DNA of 64,000 bases from the human T2T-CHM13v2.0 reference genome, Homo sapiens, in the NCBI RefSeq assembly GCF_009914755.1, contig NC_060927.1. The stretch is one strand, 5' to 3'. How positions within the stretch are numbered: the stretch's first letter is position 1; every line of letters starts with the position of its first letter. Position numbers and translations under genes: made by a program. This document shows positions 42,201 through 56,270 of the stretch, one piece after another. The notes under the pieces are model-generated. The model saw nothing but the letters and a program-made list of their open reading frames with translations. It did no database searches and was not told where the DNA came from.

Positions 42201-43635
42201 ATGTTCCCATGAAGCTGAGCAGAAGGACTGCTTATAACATAATTTTCCAGCCAAATTCCCAAAGGGCCCCCAACAGGCTTTCTCAATTTGTGGGCGCTGT
42301 CCTCTAACAATCTATTTCTTTCCAGACTCTCCTTGGAAACCAAAGATTTATGTCATTCTCTTCATATTTTAAAATGAAATTGTTCCAGGTTAAAGAAATT
42401 ATGAAAACTGAAAGCCTGTCTTTATCCAAGAACCAACACTGCCTGGACAAATAACTTATGAATACATCCTATTCTGGAGGTATCATCAATGACTTTGCCT
42501 CTGTAGCACTCTTACCATTATTTGGACATTTCCAGAAATCAAGATCCACTTCAGTTTGTGAAGATGAGCTGTGCTTAGACATAGGCTTAAAAAGAAAAGG
42601 TAAATAAATATTCTGTCAGGTTATATAGAGGGAAGCAGACCCTCCCTTTTATAAATAACGTATACATTTGCTTAAACTCCAGAGTAAAGGAAAAATCTCA
42701 TGGACTGAAAACATTTTTTAAAAAAATGAATATTCACTAAACAATCCTGAAATGCTTTTTGCTCTCTGAATACATTCAAACAAGTAGATATCACAGCATT
42801 TCATTGATAGCTTATCAAACCACAGAATAGAACAGGAGGACAGAATACAAAGGGCATTCTTAAGGGAGCACCATCATGATTGTTCTGTAAAAACATATGA
42901 ACATATTGCTGTAAACTCATCTTCACAGGAAGTCACACAGCTTAATAAGCACAGACCTGCAAGTTAATATTAAAATTCACTTTGATTTCAGCAGCAGCAA
43001 AGCTGATCCAACTAGGAGCTATTACATAAAACCCTTATTGTCATATTCGTCATCACCACTCTCAATAGAGACCACTGCCAGCACCAAGAAGCCAGCCCTC
43101 AGTTCACCTCAGGAAACAGGCTACACAGACGGCCGTCCCAGTAACAATGCAGCAGTGAGATGGCCCTGTTTATTTTATCAGAATGGCACTCCCTTAATTT
43201 TTCAGTTCTCTTTATTGATGTCCTTTTTCATGTACAGGTCTATTAGATTCTACTTCCTTTACTGTCCTCCCAGGAATTGGTGCTTGCCAACTACAATAAG
43301 TTGTTTTGACAACTTGTCTAGCTATACAATACTCTGTTTCCTTCCCTCTACAGTCTTTTTGGCTTCAAATGAGTGCCTTCAAAATATAGCAGAGACTATC
43401 CAACCAAACTATGCTACAGGGGGGAGGAGCTTTCTATGTGTAAGCAATGTCCTGCCCAAACTACAATCTTTCATGTGCTCATAGTCCTCTTTCTTTTCCT
43501 ATTTATTTTTATGGATAAATCCCCCTTGCTATCTTGTCTACTCCTATCTTAATAAGGAATGACTGCCGTGACTACCCCCATCTAGCTATGCCATTCACCA
43601 CCAGCACCTCTGCTCTCCTCGTGTGCTTCAAGAAG

Positions 43636-43710
43636 AACTGATTAGCACTTTGCATAATTAACCTGATTAGCACTGTGCATAATCAAACTGATTAGCACTT
43701 TGCATAATTA
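43636..43710. repeat. 25-bp tandem repeat x3
   Basis: aactgattagcactttgcataatta / acctgattagcactgtgcataatca / aactgattagcactttgcataatta. Confidence 0.97.
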
Positions 43711-44134
43711 AAAAGAAATAATAATAATAACAATAATAAGCACTAAGTAATATCAAAAGCTGTTAGTCTCACAGCCCTTTGGTTACCTCCAAGATTAGTT
43801 CAGTGCAGCATATTTTGCACCTTCACATTGAAATCTTTTCTTTAACTCAAAAGTCAAGAAAATAAATTAAAATGCTTGCAATCCACAGACTCGTTATGGT
43901 TTTCATATCCATACCAGTTACCAAAATAATCAGTTTCTTACCCATACACATCTCCCTCAGTTTGGGTCTTACATATTTTACCCATGTTAAAATGGAGAAA
44001 ATGGGGATATAAAACCAAGTGAATGAAAAATATTTAGAATAACATTAGAAAACAAGATATATGATGCGTATAGAAGCATAGAGAGAGTTATATAGAACTA
44101 TATAACCCTCCCTTGTGTTGCTTCTGGGTGACAA

Positions 44135-44345
44135 TGAGGCATGTGGAAAGAACTGGACAACCTATCAGAAAAACCTGGCTATGACATTTCCTGGCTAAGT
44201 GATTTAACTTTTTGGAACCTCAGTTCCCTCATCTGCAAAATTAAAATAATAACACCAGTTCTGCTACCTCAATAACTGTAATTAAAATAATAATTTAGGA
44301 AGGTGCTTTGTGAACTGCAAGACACTTTACGTACATGAGGTATTC
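44135..44345 (+). mobile_element. MIR
   Basis: 'aagtgatttaactttttggaacctcagttccctcatctgcaaaattaaaataataacacc'. Confidence 0.75.
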
Positions 44346-44428
44346 CATTCTAGGTCCCTAAATCTCCTATCCCCCAAATTTTATTTCACACCATGGACAA
44401 TATTATACATTATGAATAATAAATTTTA

Positions 44429-44950
44429 GGCTCAGTGCAGTGGCTCACACCTGTAACCCCAGCACTTTGGGAGGCCAAGGCAGGAAGATCACTTGAGGCC
44501 AGGAGTTCAAGGCCAGCCTGGGCAAAACAGCAAGATCCCCATCTCTACAAAATTTTTTTTAAAATTAGCGGGGTATGGTGGCATGCACCTGTAGTTTGTT
44601 TTTTTTTTTTTTAATTTTTTATTCTCATAGGTTATTGGGGAACAGGTGGTGTTTGGTTACATGAGTAAGTTCTTTAGTGGTGATTTGTGAGATTTTGGTG
44701 CACTCATCACTTGAGCAGTATACACTGCACACAATTTGTAGTCTTTTATCCCTCACACCCTTTCCCCCTGAGTCCCTAAAGTCCATTGTGTCATTCTTAT
44801 GCCTTTGCATCCTCATACTCAGCAGGCTGAGGCAGAAGGATCGCTTGAGCCCAACAGTTCAAGGCTGCAGTAAGCTAAGAAGGTGCCACTACACTCCTGT
44901 CTGGGCAACAGAGCAAGACCCCATCTCTAAAAAAATAAGATAAAATAAAA
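44429..44950 (+). mobile_element. AluJ split by an L1PB insertion
   Basis: Left arm and start of right arm to 'cacctgtagt' (44595); resumes 'tactcagcaggctgaggcagaaggatcgcttgagccc' at 44816. Confidence 0.92.
44596..44817 (-). mobile_element. L1PB (L1PB1-like) 3' end, 5'-truncated
   Basis: Poly-T, then 'cataggttattggggaacaggtggtgtttggttacatgagtaagttctttagtggtgatttgtgagattttggtgcac'. Confidence 0.9.
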
Positions 44951-45694
44951 ATTTATATTTATAATGCCTTAAAATTAAAAAGTTATAAAGTCCTGTTGCA
45001 TGCTTTGCCTTATTTCTTATTCAGGGCTGAATGTGACTAAAATTTTGACTTGGAGTTAAAACTGGACTCTAGTAATTATTGTTTCCATCACAGCTCTCAT
45101 TTGTGTTTCTGTGGAGGTTAAAATCAAGCTGTTGCTGGAAATTCACAAGAGAGGAGAAGAAAATCTAGTACATTACTATTAATTTGGGACTACAACATAA
45201 GAGAATTCTGCAACTCTGCTTTTCTCCACCCTACCATAGCCAACCATCTGTTCCTTACCAACTTCGAGGCTTAGTTCAGTTCCACTTTCCTCCAAGAAAC
45301 CACCTATGATACCCATAGATTGGAAATTCTCTCTTTCTCTCTAATGCTTCCATAATATTTTATCTCATCCTTCCATAGTACAGTGTACTATTTATTAAAT
45401 ATGTGTATATCTATCTGATACCTTTAGTAGATTAGCTGCTCCTAAACAGAACTATGCTGCCTATTCATTTTTGCCCCAGAAATAGCTGCCACAATAAATA
45501 ATGTAGTGGTGAACACTCAACACCTTTGTTACAGTTGGCTTAAGGAAACTGGATGGTAAACTATTTTTTTCACTAGGCATTTACTATATAATTGCTAAAT
45601 GCAAGCCTGAGAAATTGTTTCAATAACTATATGCTAGAGAATACAAAGGTGTTTGACATACCCATAACTACTTAATCAACCATTAAAACCAACC

Positions 45695-45818
45695 ATTCAT
45701 TTATTAAAAAATAGATAGAAGTGCTAGTAAATACTAGGCATTGTGCTAAACACTGAATACAGCATTGATAAAGTTTAAAAGGAACTGTTGGTTCCTCTCA
45801 AGGAGCTTATAGTCTAGG
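45695..45818 (-). mobile_element. L2 3' end
   Basis: 'cattcatttatt...ctaggcattgtgctaaacactg...ctctcaaggagcttatagtctag'. Confidence 0.7.
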
Positions 45819-48800
45819 TCTCTATTAAGAAGTTCATATTAGAGAGGCTGGAGTGGAGTAGTGTGGAAAGGAAACCTTAAAATAGCAAGATACACATCAT
45901 GGAGCCACTAAGCCTCTATCAACCTACGGGAAAGGAACCCAAATAAGCAGTCAGTGTTCTTGGGCAAATCATTCATTTTACAATTCATTTAATTCAAGAA
46001 GGAAAATGCTGCTGTGGAGATTATTCAAGTCCAAATGTTCCTGGTGAAGGTGCTTCCAGTAATTCTGGGAAAGAAGCCAATCCCTTAGTTTTATATGTAA
46101 ATATTTTTAAAACACACACATATATATAAGCACAAAAGAAAGGTCAGGAAGACGTAAGTCTTTTAAAAATCTATTTTAATAATTTTTTCTATAACTGTCC
46201 ACAAAAGTTTGGGCTTTTTTTGTAGCCTTACATTTTCTTTTACACAATACACCTGCTTTTTTTTCTAAACTAAATATTTCTTCCATCTAATGACTCTCTT
46301 TATTAGACAGCATCTAATTTGCATACATTTACATACAATTTAACTGCTAGCTTGTGAGAACAAAGAAATGGCTCTGTATTGTACTGAAGGACAATACTCA
46401 GTAAAGGAAGGTATAAAAACCAACCAGCTTGGTGACTGTGTAAGCTCTTTGTTTCAGATATACCAGGCTCCCTCTTTCTCTTTTAACATACCATTTAAAA
46501 GGGGCAAAAATTATTTCATCAAACAATGAAAAAAAGAAACAGCCCTACTTTGTTTAACTGTCCATTTCCTCTCCAGTTTGGTTACTACAATTCAGGGGTC
46601 CAAGTTCCCTGAATCTACTACAATTTCCTCTATTATATTTGATAGATTTAATCCCTTTATCTATTTTTGTTTCGTGTCTCATTCCTAAAACAACCTGGGA
46701 TTCCACTGCGATAAAGCTCTGTTCTGATGCTAATTTGTGCTGCCATCGGCCTTGTTCCCAAGCAGACAGGGTAGAATATGGCATCATGCTCTCCAGTGAA
46801 CAATGCATACACTTACCCTTAACAGGTTAATAGATTTTATTGAGACTTTGGGTCTTTATCATATGAACCAGCTCTTCAAAAAGAAATGGTTTTCAGCATC
46901 TACTGGAGAGATGATGGAAAAGAAGACTTGAATATAGGGAGGGAAATGGTAAAATAGATGTTAGGGGTAAAAGAGTACTTGAGTCAAATGTTTCTCCACT
47001 CAGCAATGCTATCCCTTTGTAAGTCTCCAAACCTGCATGACTCTTGGAGAATTAAAAAAAAAAAAAAAAAGAACTGAAAACCAGGGACCCTTGACTCTCC
47101 TTTGAAAGTAAATTCACATACTCTGTGATACGGGGTGAGTCACTATGACTCTTCTCTCTGTAGCTCTCATCCTTGACACATGGAAAAGGAGATTATGTAA
47201 AGCAATCTTGAAGAGGTTTGTTCAGTGTTTTGTAAATATTAACAATTATTGAAAACACACAAAATAACTAATAAAGCTGCGGTCACAACCAACTGAAAAT
47301 AAACACTAGGCTCATTCAAGTTTCTGAAATGCCATGTCTAAAATAACACACAAAAAAGAAATATGGTACACAAAAATGCTTCAAGATTATAACAAGCTAT
47401 ACAAATGTAAAGCAGGACATAAGGGCAAACTGAAAATTATAAAGCCAGGTACGAATTGGCACCAAAGCCTCGATGGAATTATCATCCGTATCTGGGTGCT
47501 GCAAATGGTCATGGGAGATGCATTTCCTTGGACATATATTTAACATTATTAATTTGGCCTGTTTTCTGCATCTGATAATGCAAATTTACAATTTTAGTGA
47601 CCCAAAGAAGTGTGAACTTGTCAGTGATAAGTGAAGAAATTCTACCACTCTGTGGGGCTGCAGAATGCCCACATAATTTGGAACCTTTAGCAGCCAAACA
47701 GATTGCACAATCTCAACTAGCGATCTTGAAGCATGTCTGATTTTCCACCTGGTGAGAAGAAGCCTGAGTTATGGGGACTGTATGAGTGCTGGAGTGCTGG
47801 CATAAACCAACTCTGCCAACTTCTTAACCCATAAACAATTATGAATAATGATCCAAACAGCATTTAAAAGAAATAATTAGACACTGCACTTTAAAAAAAA
47901 ACCCTCAGTAGTGACTAAAATCTAGTCACTGGAATGAGTAGTCAGGAAGTTGTTGATCCTCCGAAAACCACGGCTTAGTTCTAAAAACAGCCTTAAATTG
48001 CAGAGAACCTGACCCTGACCTTCAAATCCCTTGCTCCATGAGGAAATGAGACTACCGCCTCCTGAGTGCTATAGTGTCTGTTCTTTCAGAGATTGTCAGT
48101 AAGTTTTACAATACAATTCCTGTTTCTGAGGCTCATTAGATCTTCCTTATTTATACAGATTTGAGGCAGTACTTGCTTTTGTGTGATAGAATTATCTGTT
48201 GGTATCCGACGTCAGACCTATTTTCTACACTCTAACATATTAAATTCTGCCTTGTTTGTTTCTAAAGCACCTCTTAATACCAACTCAGCCAACATCACCT
48301 GTGCTGGAGGTGGTTAAGATCCACCTCCCCAATGCATGTTACCACGGTGACAAAGTAGTGACCTAATTTACACACACCTGCTGGGTTAATTGGGCCAAAA
48401 TGAAAGATGATATATATGCTCAAAATCCAAAACTGATTTTTTTCCTCAAAATTAAATATTTGATTTTTTAAAAATTAGCAGTTTCTAAAGCTAAGTAACA
48501 TACTCCAGGTGTGCATTTGCCAGTTAATGTACCCTGAATGTTTCATGACACTTGAGGAGCAAAATATATTGAGTGATGAATACAAATCTTTTATGTATTT
48601 TCTGTGTGCAATGATTAGTATGAGTAAGTGGTCTCGATCACTGAATACATGGGGTGTGCTTGAAGGGTCAGGCCACTGCCTTAAAGCAAACAGAGACATC
48701 TCAACTGTGCCAAGTTAGCACGCAGAGTCCAGGCCGCCTTTGAAAGTGCAAGTTTGCTTTGGAGAAAGCTGTTCTCCATAGCCTGAGGCAGCCTGCAACA

Positions 48801-48904
48801 TCTCTTAGACAAAAACATCACTTACCTCTGCTTGACCTCTTCCCACCTCTTTGTATTCATTCTTCCCAGACCACTGAGAGTTTTTCTTTGAACCATATTA
48901 AGTT

Positions 48905-49490
48905 TTATGCCAAGAACTGATGAGGATATGAACAAATAGATACTTTCAGAGACTGCTGGGACAGACACAGCAATGTGTAAATGGTATAGCTAAATGTATC
49001 AAAACCCTTAAAATACATATATCTTTGATTCAATTATTACACTTAAGTATTTACCTGATGACATAATCAGGGATGTTTATAAAAAAGATTGTCACAATAA
49101 TATTCATTGTAATTCATGTTTACTGGAGAAAAATTGGAAGCAACTTACATGTCCAAAAATTAGAGATCAGCTAGGTAAATTATAACACATCCATTGTATG
49201 GAATACTATATAATCAATTAAAAAAATCATGTCACAAAAAATATTGACAGAAACAAATATTCATAATATATTGCTAGTTGAAAAATCAGAATCATAACCT
49301 TGCATAATCCTATGTTGTTGCATGCACACATACATATACACACCAAAATATTAAGAATAACTTTTTCTTTAAGTGGTAATAGTAATATCAATGGTGATTT
49401 TCTTGTCTTCTTTCTGTCTTTTTGTGTTTTCCAAATAGTTTTACACTGATAGCGTACTACTTTTAGAAAGGAAATATAAATATGATATTA
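48905..49490 (+). mobile_element. L1ME-like fragment
   Basis: 'ccaagaactgatgaggatatg', 'aaaaattggaagcaacttacatgtcc', 'atggaatactata'. Confidence 0.75.
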
Positions 49491-50329
49491 AAAATAAAAT
49501 GAAGAGTAGGAAAAAAGTTAAATGACATTTCCTAATCCCTCTCTCCTACTTAGATTTCACATTTCACCTATATTTACTTCTCTCCTTGTCAACTACAGAC
49601 GTAAACATAATAGATGTTAAACTGGTCAATGTTCTTTTATTACTGAATATTCAACTTTTCTAGCTGAATGGATCTTTCACTTATTTACAAATCTTACAAA
49701 GATGTCAGTCAGCACAACTCTTAGAAAGAGTCTCCAATCTGCTTTTTATGCTTACAAAAACCATGTGAAATAATTGCCTTTTAATAACAATGATTACTTG
49801 AAGTGAACTTTTCAAGGTACAAATAAATCTATTTATCACCAAGCTATTGTGTCCCGCTTAAATTACAACTTTCACATTTTGATTTCATTTGTACAGATAT
49901 AGGGTCTTACTGATAAGTAAGTGCTTTTGTTAAGTAAATAAAATTAGTATTACCATATGAACTGGATTTGCTGTTAAAAGTATCTCACTAGGGGTTTGAT
50001 TTATTCTATGATGGTTTCACTGATTTAATCATTGCTTAAATTAGCAAAATATAATTATATATTTTTATAAAGAAGATGTTTTCTTGGGATTTTCCTATGT
50101 CACCAAGAATAGACATCAGGGATTGATAAGTAATAAGAAATGTCAATTTTAAAATTACATTTCTTGGTCTAATATGCTTTCTTTTTACCTTAGTGATGAT
50201 CGCTGCCTTCCTAAAAAGTTCATAAAGCTTCAGAAAAATCTAAAATTCATGAAATTTCAAAGAATTAAAAAAATTGGTGCTTTTATTTCAAGTGATAAAA
50301 TTAAACTTTATTTTCATTCTCAAAAATAA

Positions 50330-51360
50330 GTTTTGGTTGAATCAAAGATGTAAATATTAAGAGACTAAATCATAAATGTGCTAGAAGAAAATCTGAGTAA
50401 TTTTTCTGGTGTAAGAAGTTTTCTAAGCCATAAAGGAAATTATTGAAAAAATGAAACTACATAAAAAATTTTTCTACATATACAAAACTCAAAAAGCAAA
50501 TTAATAACCAAGAAATATGTCTAACACATACTACAGAAAATTTATTTTCCATAATATACAAAGAGGCTATACAAACCAATAAAATATTTTTAAAAACTCA
50601 ATAGAAAAATACAGAAAAGTATTATAGCCAATTCACAAAAAAGTAAACAAAAATGTAAATGGCCAGTGAAATTTTAATATGTTGTTTAATCTAACTCCTG
50701 AGTAAAGAAATGTAAATCAAAACAATGGTGAAATATCATTTTCACTTTTCTGATTAGGAAAAATTTGCTAAAGCCCAGTACTGATGAGGCTGTGAGAAAG
50801 CAGGAATTCTCATATAATGTTGTTACATGTGTGTGTCAGAAAAATGTTTTTGAAGGAAAATTTTTAACAGGCATCAAAATTTTAATTATATAAACATATC
50901 TAAGAAAGTATGCTATGTGGATATTAAAATAAAAACAAGGATATATTTAGAAAGCTGTTTTGTAATATTTTTAAACAGCGAAGAAACTGTAAATAACCAA
51001 ATTTCCATAAATAGGCAGTGGTTAAATACATTTTGTGACATCCATAAAATGGAAATATTAAGTAGCTGTTTAAAAAGAGGAAAAGGTAAAATATAATATA
51101 CCAAAATATAAACACTATAAAATTTCTAGAATATATAAAATCTCTAAGACATGGCATTAAGAAAAAAGTACAAATGTATTTGAACAGTATGATTCCCTTT
51201 CTGTTTTTAAATTAAAGGTATATAGACACATTTCTCTACACAAGTACAGTTGAAACTTTTTATCTCTGGTGAATAGTGCTATCAGTCGGTAAAGACATAC
51301 TTTTCACTTTATATCCTTGTGTACCATTCAAATTTTTTAACCCTGTGAGCACATTTTAAA
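50330..51360 (+). mobile_element. L1ME-like ORF2-end/3'UTR fragment
   Basis: 'atcaaagatgtaaatatt...ctagaagaaaat', 'aaagaaatgtaaatcaaaacaatggtgaaatatcattttcac', 'tgatgaggctgtgagaaagcaggaattctcata'. Confidence 0.8.
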
Positions 51361-52355
51361 AATACAAATAGCAGAAAGATTGTTCAGTGTAATGGTAAAT
51401 GGTGAAAGGTATATACATGGAAGTAAAGAGTACTGCACTGTTAAATTTCTCATTCTAGACTTCTCTAGTCCCACAGTAAATCATTCAACTTCACTGGGAT
51501 TTCATTTCCTCATTTGTAAAATAATAATTAAATTAGCTCAAAGAATAATCTGTAAGTTACCTTATAGTTCTAACAGTACATATTTTCATGTGTTAATAAT
51601 CCAATACAGAATGGTGGAAAAATATGTTTGAGACTTAAATATCAATTTTGAGCACCTGTACCTACTACAATAAACAAATCTCTACTTGGTATTTTGTATG
51701 TAGACTGTAGCCATGTCTTTATGACAAAAACAAACAATAAATGTACTGAAAATTTTGGTTCATTGAATAAACTAAATATTATCTTAAAGACCATCCCCAT
51801 GCACAAGTACCTCTGGGTCTCAATGGTTTAGTTCTGCCAAGGTGTTGAAACAAGACTATCAAACAAAACTGATCAGAAATGTATTACTTACATACTTCAC
51901 TGCCAACTTAAAGCCACAACCACGAAGCTGACTTGTTGAATCTATCCTTGATTAATGCTCTCATATATACAAAATAATGTCAAAATATCAACATTCATTT
52001 ATAATTCAGGTATATATTGCCACAAGCACTCTTAATATGTTTTTGATATTGGATAACCTGATAGTGCATGCTCACAAGTTAAAATAGTAATATCCATCTT
52101 GTTTTTAATTTGTGGTACTTGAGGCTTCAGTATAATAATGGCCTTCTTCCATTGTGACTTAATATTCCTATCATTTGGTTATATATTTTTAAAGCAAAAA
52201 TCTCTCGATCGTTATTCAGATGACAAATTATATGGTCATATCTGTTAGATACAGCAAAGTCTGCACTGTGGTATTTCTAAGAAAGCAAGTAGTTCATTCC
52301 TTCATTTCTGGGTTCCATTGTGATAAGGACAGAACCATGGGAATTTCCTTGGTAA

Positions 52356-52705
<350 letters not shown>

Positions 52706-55356
52706 GGTGTGTTCTTAATCACACACCATAGGTTCATTTGTAAATTAGGATGTGGCTAAAGCCTACTAAAAAGTATATTGATAGATTTTTAGTATCTGTA
52801 GTGAAAAAAGTTAGATTCTCACATCTAAAAACCTCACAATTTCTGAAACTGTCATCTGACTGTGTTTTTCAAATGTTCACAGTAGACGGCCTACTTCCTT
52901 GTGCATTTTTTCACATAGTATCAGCCTGGGTCATGGTAATACTGTTATCTGGTATAACATCGAGCAATGGGAAAATAATGTGGTGAATGAACTGTTGATT
53001 AGACACATTAAACTATGGAAAATTCAATCAAAGATCATCAGTTTCAATGATTTACCACCATACATCTTTGCTTAGCTATGAATAAAACATTTTGAATGAA
53101 GCTTTTGGTGAAATTTCTGTTTCAAGATGAAAGTAGAAATGAGAAAAATAGACATCCTGTGCTCACCTCAAATGGAGAGATAACTATATATTCCGAAAAA
53201 GTTCTATGTTAAATCTTGGGCTCCTATGAGACTAATAAAAAAAAATAAGTTTAACCCTTCATTTTCAGTTTCAGTCTTGATATACAGAAAAGGAGGAAAA
53301 GGGCTGATACTACTACTTGAAGAAGTGATTTGCGAAAGGGAGAAATGATGGCTCAAAAACCCCTGTAGCTCCTCTAACAAACCCTGGTACCAGAGCAGAC
53401 AATGAAATTGCTAGGGAGAGCTAAGAGTAGCAATGAATTCAATCCCTCCCTTTGTGGCCAAACTTAGTTCTGCTTTCAGAAATAACAAAATTTCAGGAGA
53501 TATGGTTAAAATTTATAGGATATGGCAAAGTTTAAGGAGATTTGGTTAAGCATTTTTAATCCATTCCCAAATGCTTACTATGGCTATATTTAGTACCAGG
53601 ATAAAGAGGAGGATAAACTGGTTGCCCCTGAAGAAGCAGACCTCCCAACTATACCTTGTTAATAGTTGACAGAACACTCCTCCCTTGTCACAGCTACTCT
53701 AATACACACAAACCTTGGATGCACAACTCTGTGTAACCTGTAATGATTTAGAGATTGCATTTCTTGTACACAAGATCTTCCCTTGAATGGCTCCTTCACG
53801 TCATTCAAGTCTTATAATTCAAACTTTATTTCCTCAGAAAGGACACCTACACCCTGCCTCCGGATTACCAGCCATTCTTCATCCTTTTTGTTGTAGTTGT
53901 ATGTTAATTTGTTTAGTGTCTCTCTCTCTCGGTCTTCTAGTTCAGAGCTCTGTCTCTAGTGCCTGAGATCAACTGAATTGTAATTATTTACTCATGATAG
54001 AAGAGTAATCAACACCAGAAAGAAATCTGCTATCTAACAAAATAATAGTTTCTTCTTTTTTTTTTCGGCAACAGATACAAGACAAACTAAAACAGGTTAA
54101 TCCAATTAATGTGTTTTGGGTGCAAATCCCAGTTTGGTATTATCAAAGGCATATTTTCACATTTAACTATATTATCATTTCAGGGATTACTTAATTTTCA
54201 TTTTCATTTCTATTTCATCCTTTCTTTTCTGGCAGGGAAGCCTAAGCTCATTTGTAAAATTTTTCTGTCCTCTGAGCATACAATTATATTTTATCCAGAA
54301 CAGAAGTGCACCAAAAGAGCTGAAAGTTAAAAGAAATGTTCAGTAGATGAGACCTATAATACTGGTTCTGATTAATTAATATAATCACTCTATTAATTAT
54401 CTATGTTTAAAATTCAAATTTATCTATGTTGGCTTATTGAGCATTCTTAAAGAAAACATACTTGTAATATCCTACAACCATGAGGTGGAAAGGGTCAGCA
54501 AATGCTTCCAATTATATCCCAATTATTTTAGGAATGGTTTACTTCACCTTCTGCTCCCTCTACCCACTCACCCTAATAGTGGTCTGCTTCTTACTTAAAA
54601 GGGGAAAACACAAAGATTTCCTGCAGTTTGAGAATCAACTTGGGAGAAATAGAAAAACAGGTGTCTGAGTTGAGCAGAGCTGAGTTTAGTCCTGTGTCAG
54701 CCATTTACTAGCTATTTAAAGTTAGAAATTAACTTTCTGAGCCTTGGGCTTGCTCTTTTAATCTAGACCTGGATATTCATGATTCCAGTGTTCATTTAAT
54801 GGATGTGTATTTGTACGTATGGCCATATCCATAGTTCTCTAATAAAGACCTGGCCGATGCTAAGCAGAGAAATTAGATGGATTGTGATCTCAACATGCAG
54901 TCATCCAGCACAATACTTTTGTCCATCTACGACACTAAATTTCAATTGTATACTTGGCTTATATTATCTGGAGATCATTACGAAAAACATTTTCTGCAAC
55001 TCTTGATTTACTTAGGTCACAAGTAAAGTTATGTGAAAGTACCATGGACTATAAGAGTATATTTGGCATCTCAACACACATGGATTGACAGAAAAGTTGG
55101 ATGATACCAATGTCAGTTTTTAGTTCTGCAGTCCATCTGCAGAGTTAGTGACTGTTGGTTACCTATTCTATGCCTCAACCTTGTCATCTATAATGAGAAG
55201 TTTCAGTAGTTTAAAAAAGTATGACAGAAAATGATTCATAATTCCATGAAATTCATAAAAAATACGAAGGTGCTAAGGCTACAAGTATTCTAAAAACAGA
55301 GGACAGGATAAACTTTGTCAAATACCGAGGGGAAAAATAATTAACATGTTAGCATA

Positions 55357-55759
55357 TGTCTTAGTCTGTTTCCTGTCGCCTATAACGGAATACTTGTAAC
55401 TCAGCAATTTATAAGAAAGGAAATTTATCTCTTATAGTTGGAGGCTGGGAAGTCCAAGGTTGAGGGAGCAAAACTGGTGAAAGCCTTCTTGCCGTGACAA
55501 CACTCTAGAATCCTGAGACAACGTAGGACATCACATGGCAAGGGGGCAGACTGTGCTAGCGCAGGTCTCTCTTTATGTTTCTATAAAGCTACCAGTCCCA
55601 TTCCCATGATAACCCAGTAATTCATTAACCCAAGAAAAGACTCATCCATTCATGGGCCCTCATGACCCACCTCTTAAAGGCCCCAGCTCTCAATACTGCC
55701 ACACTGGGGCTTAACTTTCAACATGAGTTTTGGAGGGGACAAAAATTCAAACCATAGCA
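55357..55759 (-). mobile_element. MST-family (MSTC/MSTB2-like) solo LTR
   Basis: 'tgtcttagtctgtttc...ggaggctgggaagtccaaggttgagg...caacatgagttttggaggggacaaaaattcaaaccatagca'. Confidence 0.88.
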
Positions 55760-55813
55760 GTGTGTAAATAAGTCTTCCATAGATATTTACTACCAAAAAA
55801 TAACATTACTCTC

Positions 55814-56270
55814 TATAGTAGGTTGAATGTTGACTAGAGTCCCCAAAATTTCATGTTCACCTGGAACCTCAGAATGTAACATTCCTGGGAGATACGGTCC
55901 TTGCAGATGCAACTAATTAAGAACCATGAGATAAAATCATCCTGGATTTAAGGTGGGCCCTAAATCCAATAACTGATATGCTTTTAATAGGAGGAGAGGA
56001 CACAGAGGGACACATACAGAGGGGAAGGTGCTGTAAAGATGAAGGCAGAGTTTGACGTCATAGTGCCAAAAGCCAAAGAATAAATGGGACCATCAGAAGC
56101 TGGAAGAGCCAGGGAAAGATTTTCACTGTGAGCCTTCAGAGGGAATGTGGCCCTGCTGCATTTTGATTTCTGATTTCTAGCCTCCAGAACTGTGAGAGAA
56201 TAAATTTCTGTCATTTTTAAGTCACCCAGTTTATCATAATTTACTACAGCAGCCATAGGTAACTAGTACA
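55814..56270 (+). mobile_element. MLT1C-like solo LTR
   Basis: 'cacctggaacctcagaatgtaac...atcatcctggatttaaggtgggccctaaatccaat...cctccagaactgtgagagaataaatttctg'; near-TSD ctctc/ctttc. Confidence 0.88.

Noticed and set aside
43038-43484. 148-aa ORF in unique sequence
   Set aside because: Starts at TTG, no recognisable domain and no flanking splice or promoter support; compatible with chance.
43636-43710. CRISPR-like array
   Set aside because: Units are directly adjacent with no unique spacers, and the DNA is primate.
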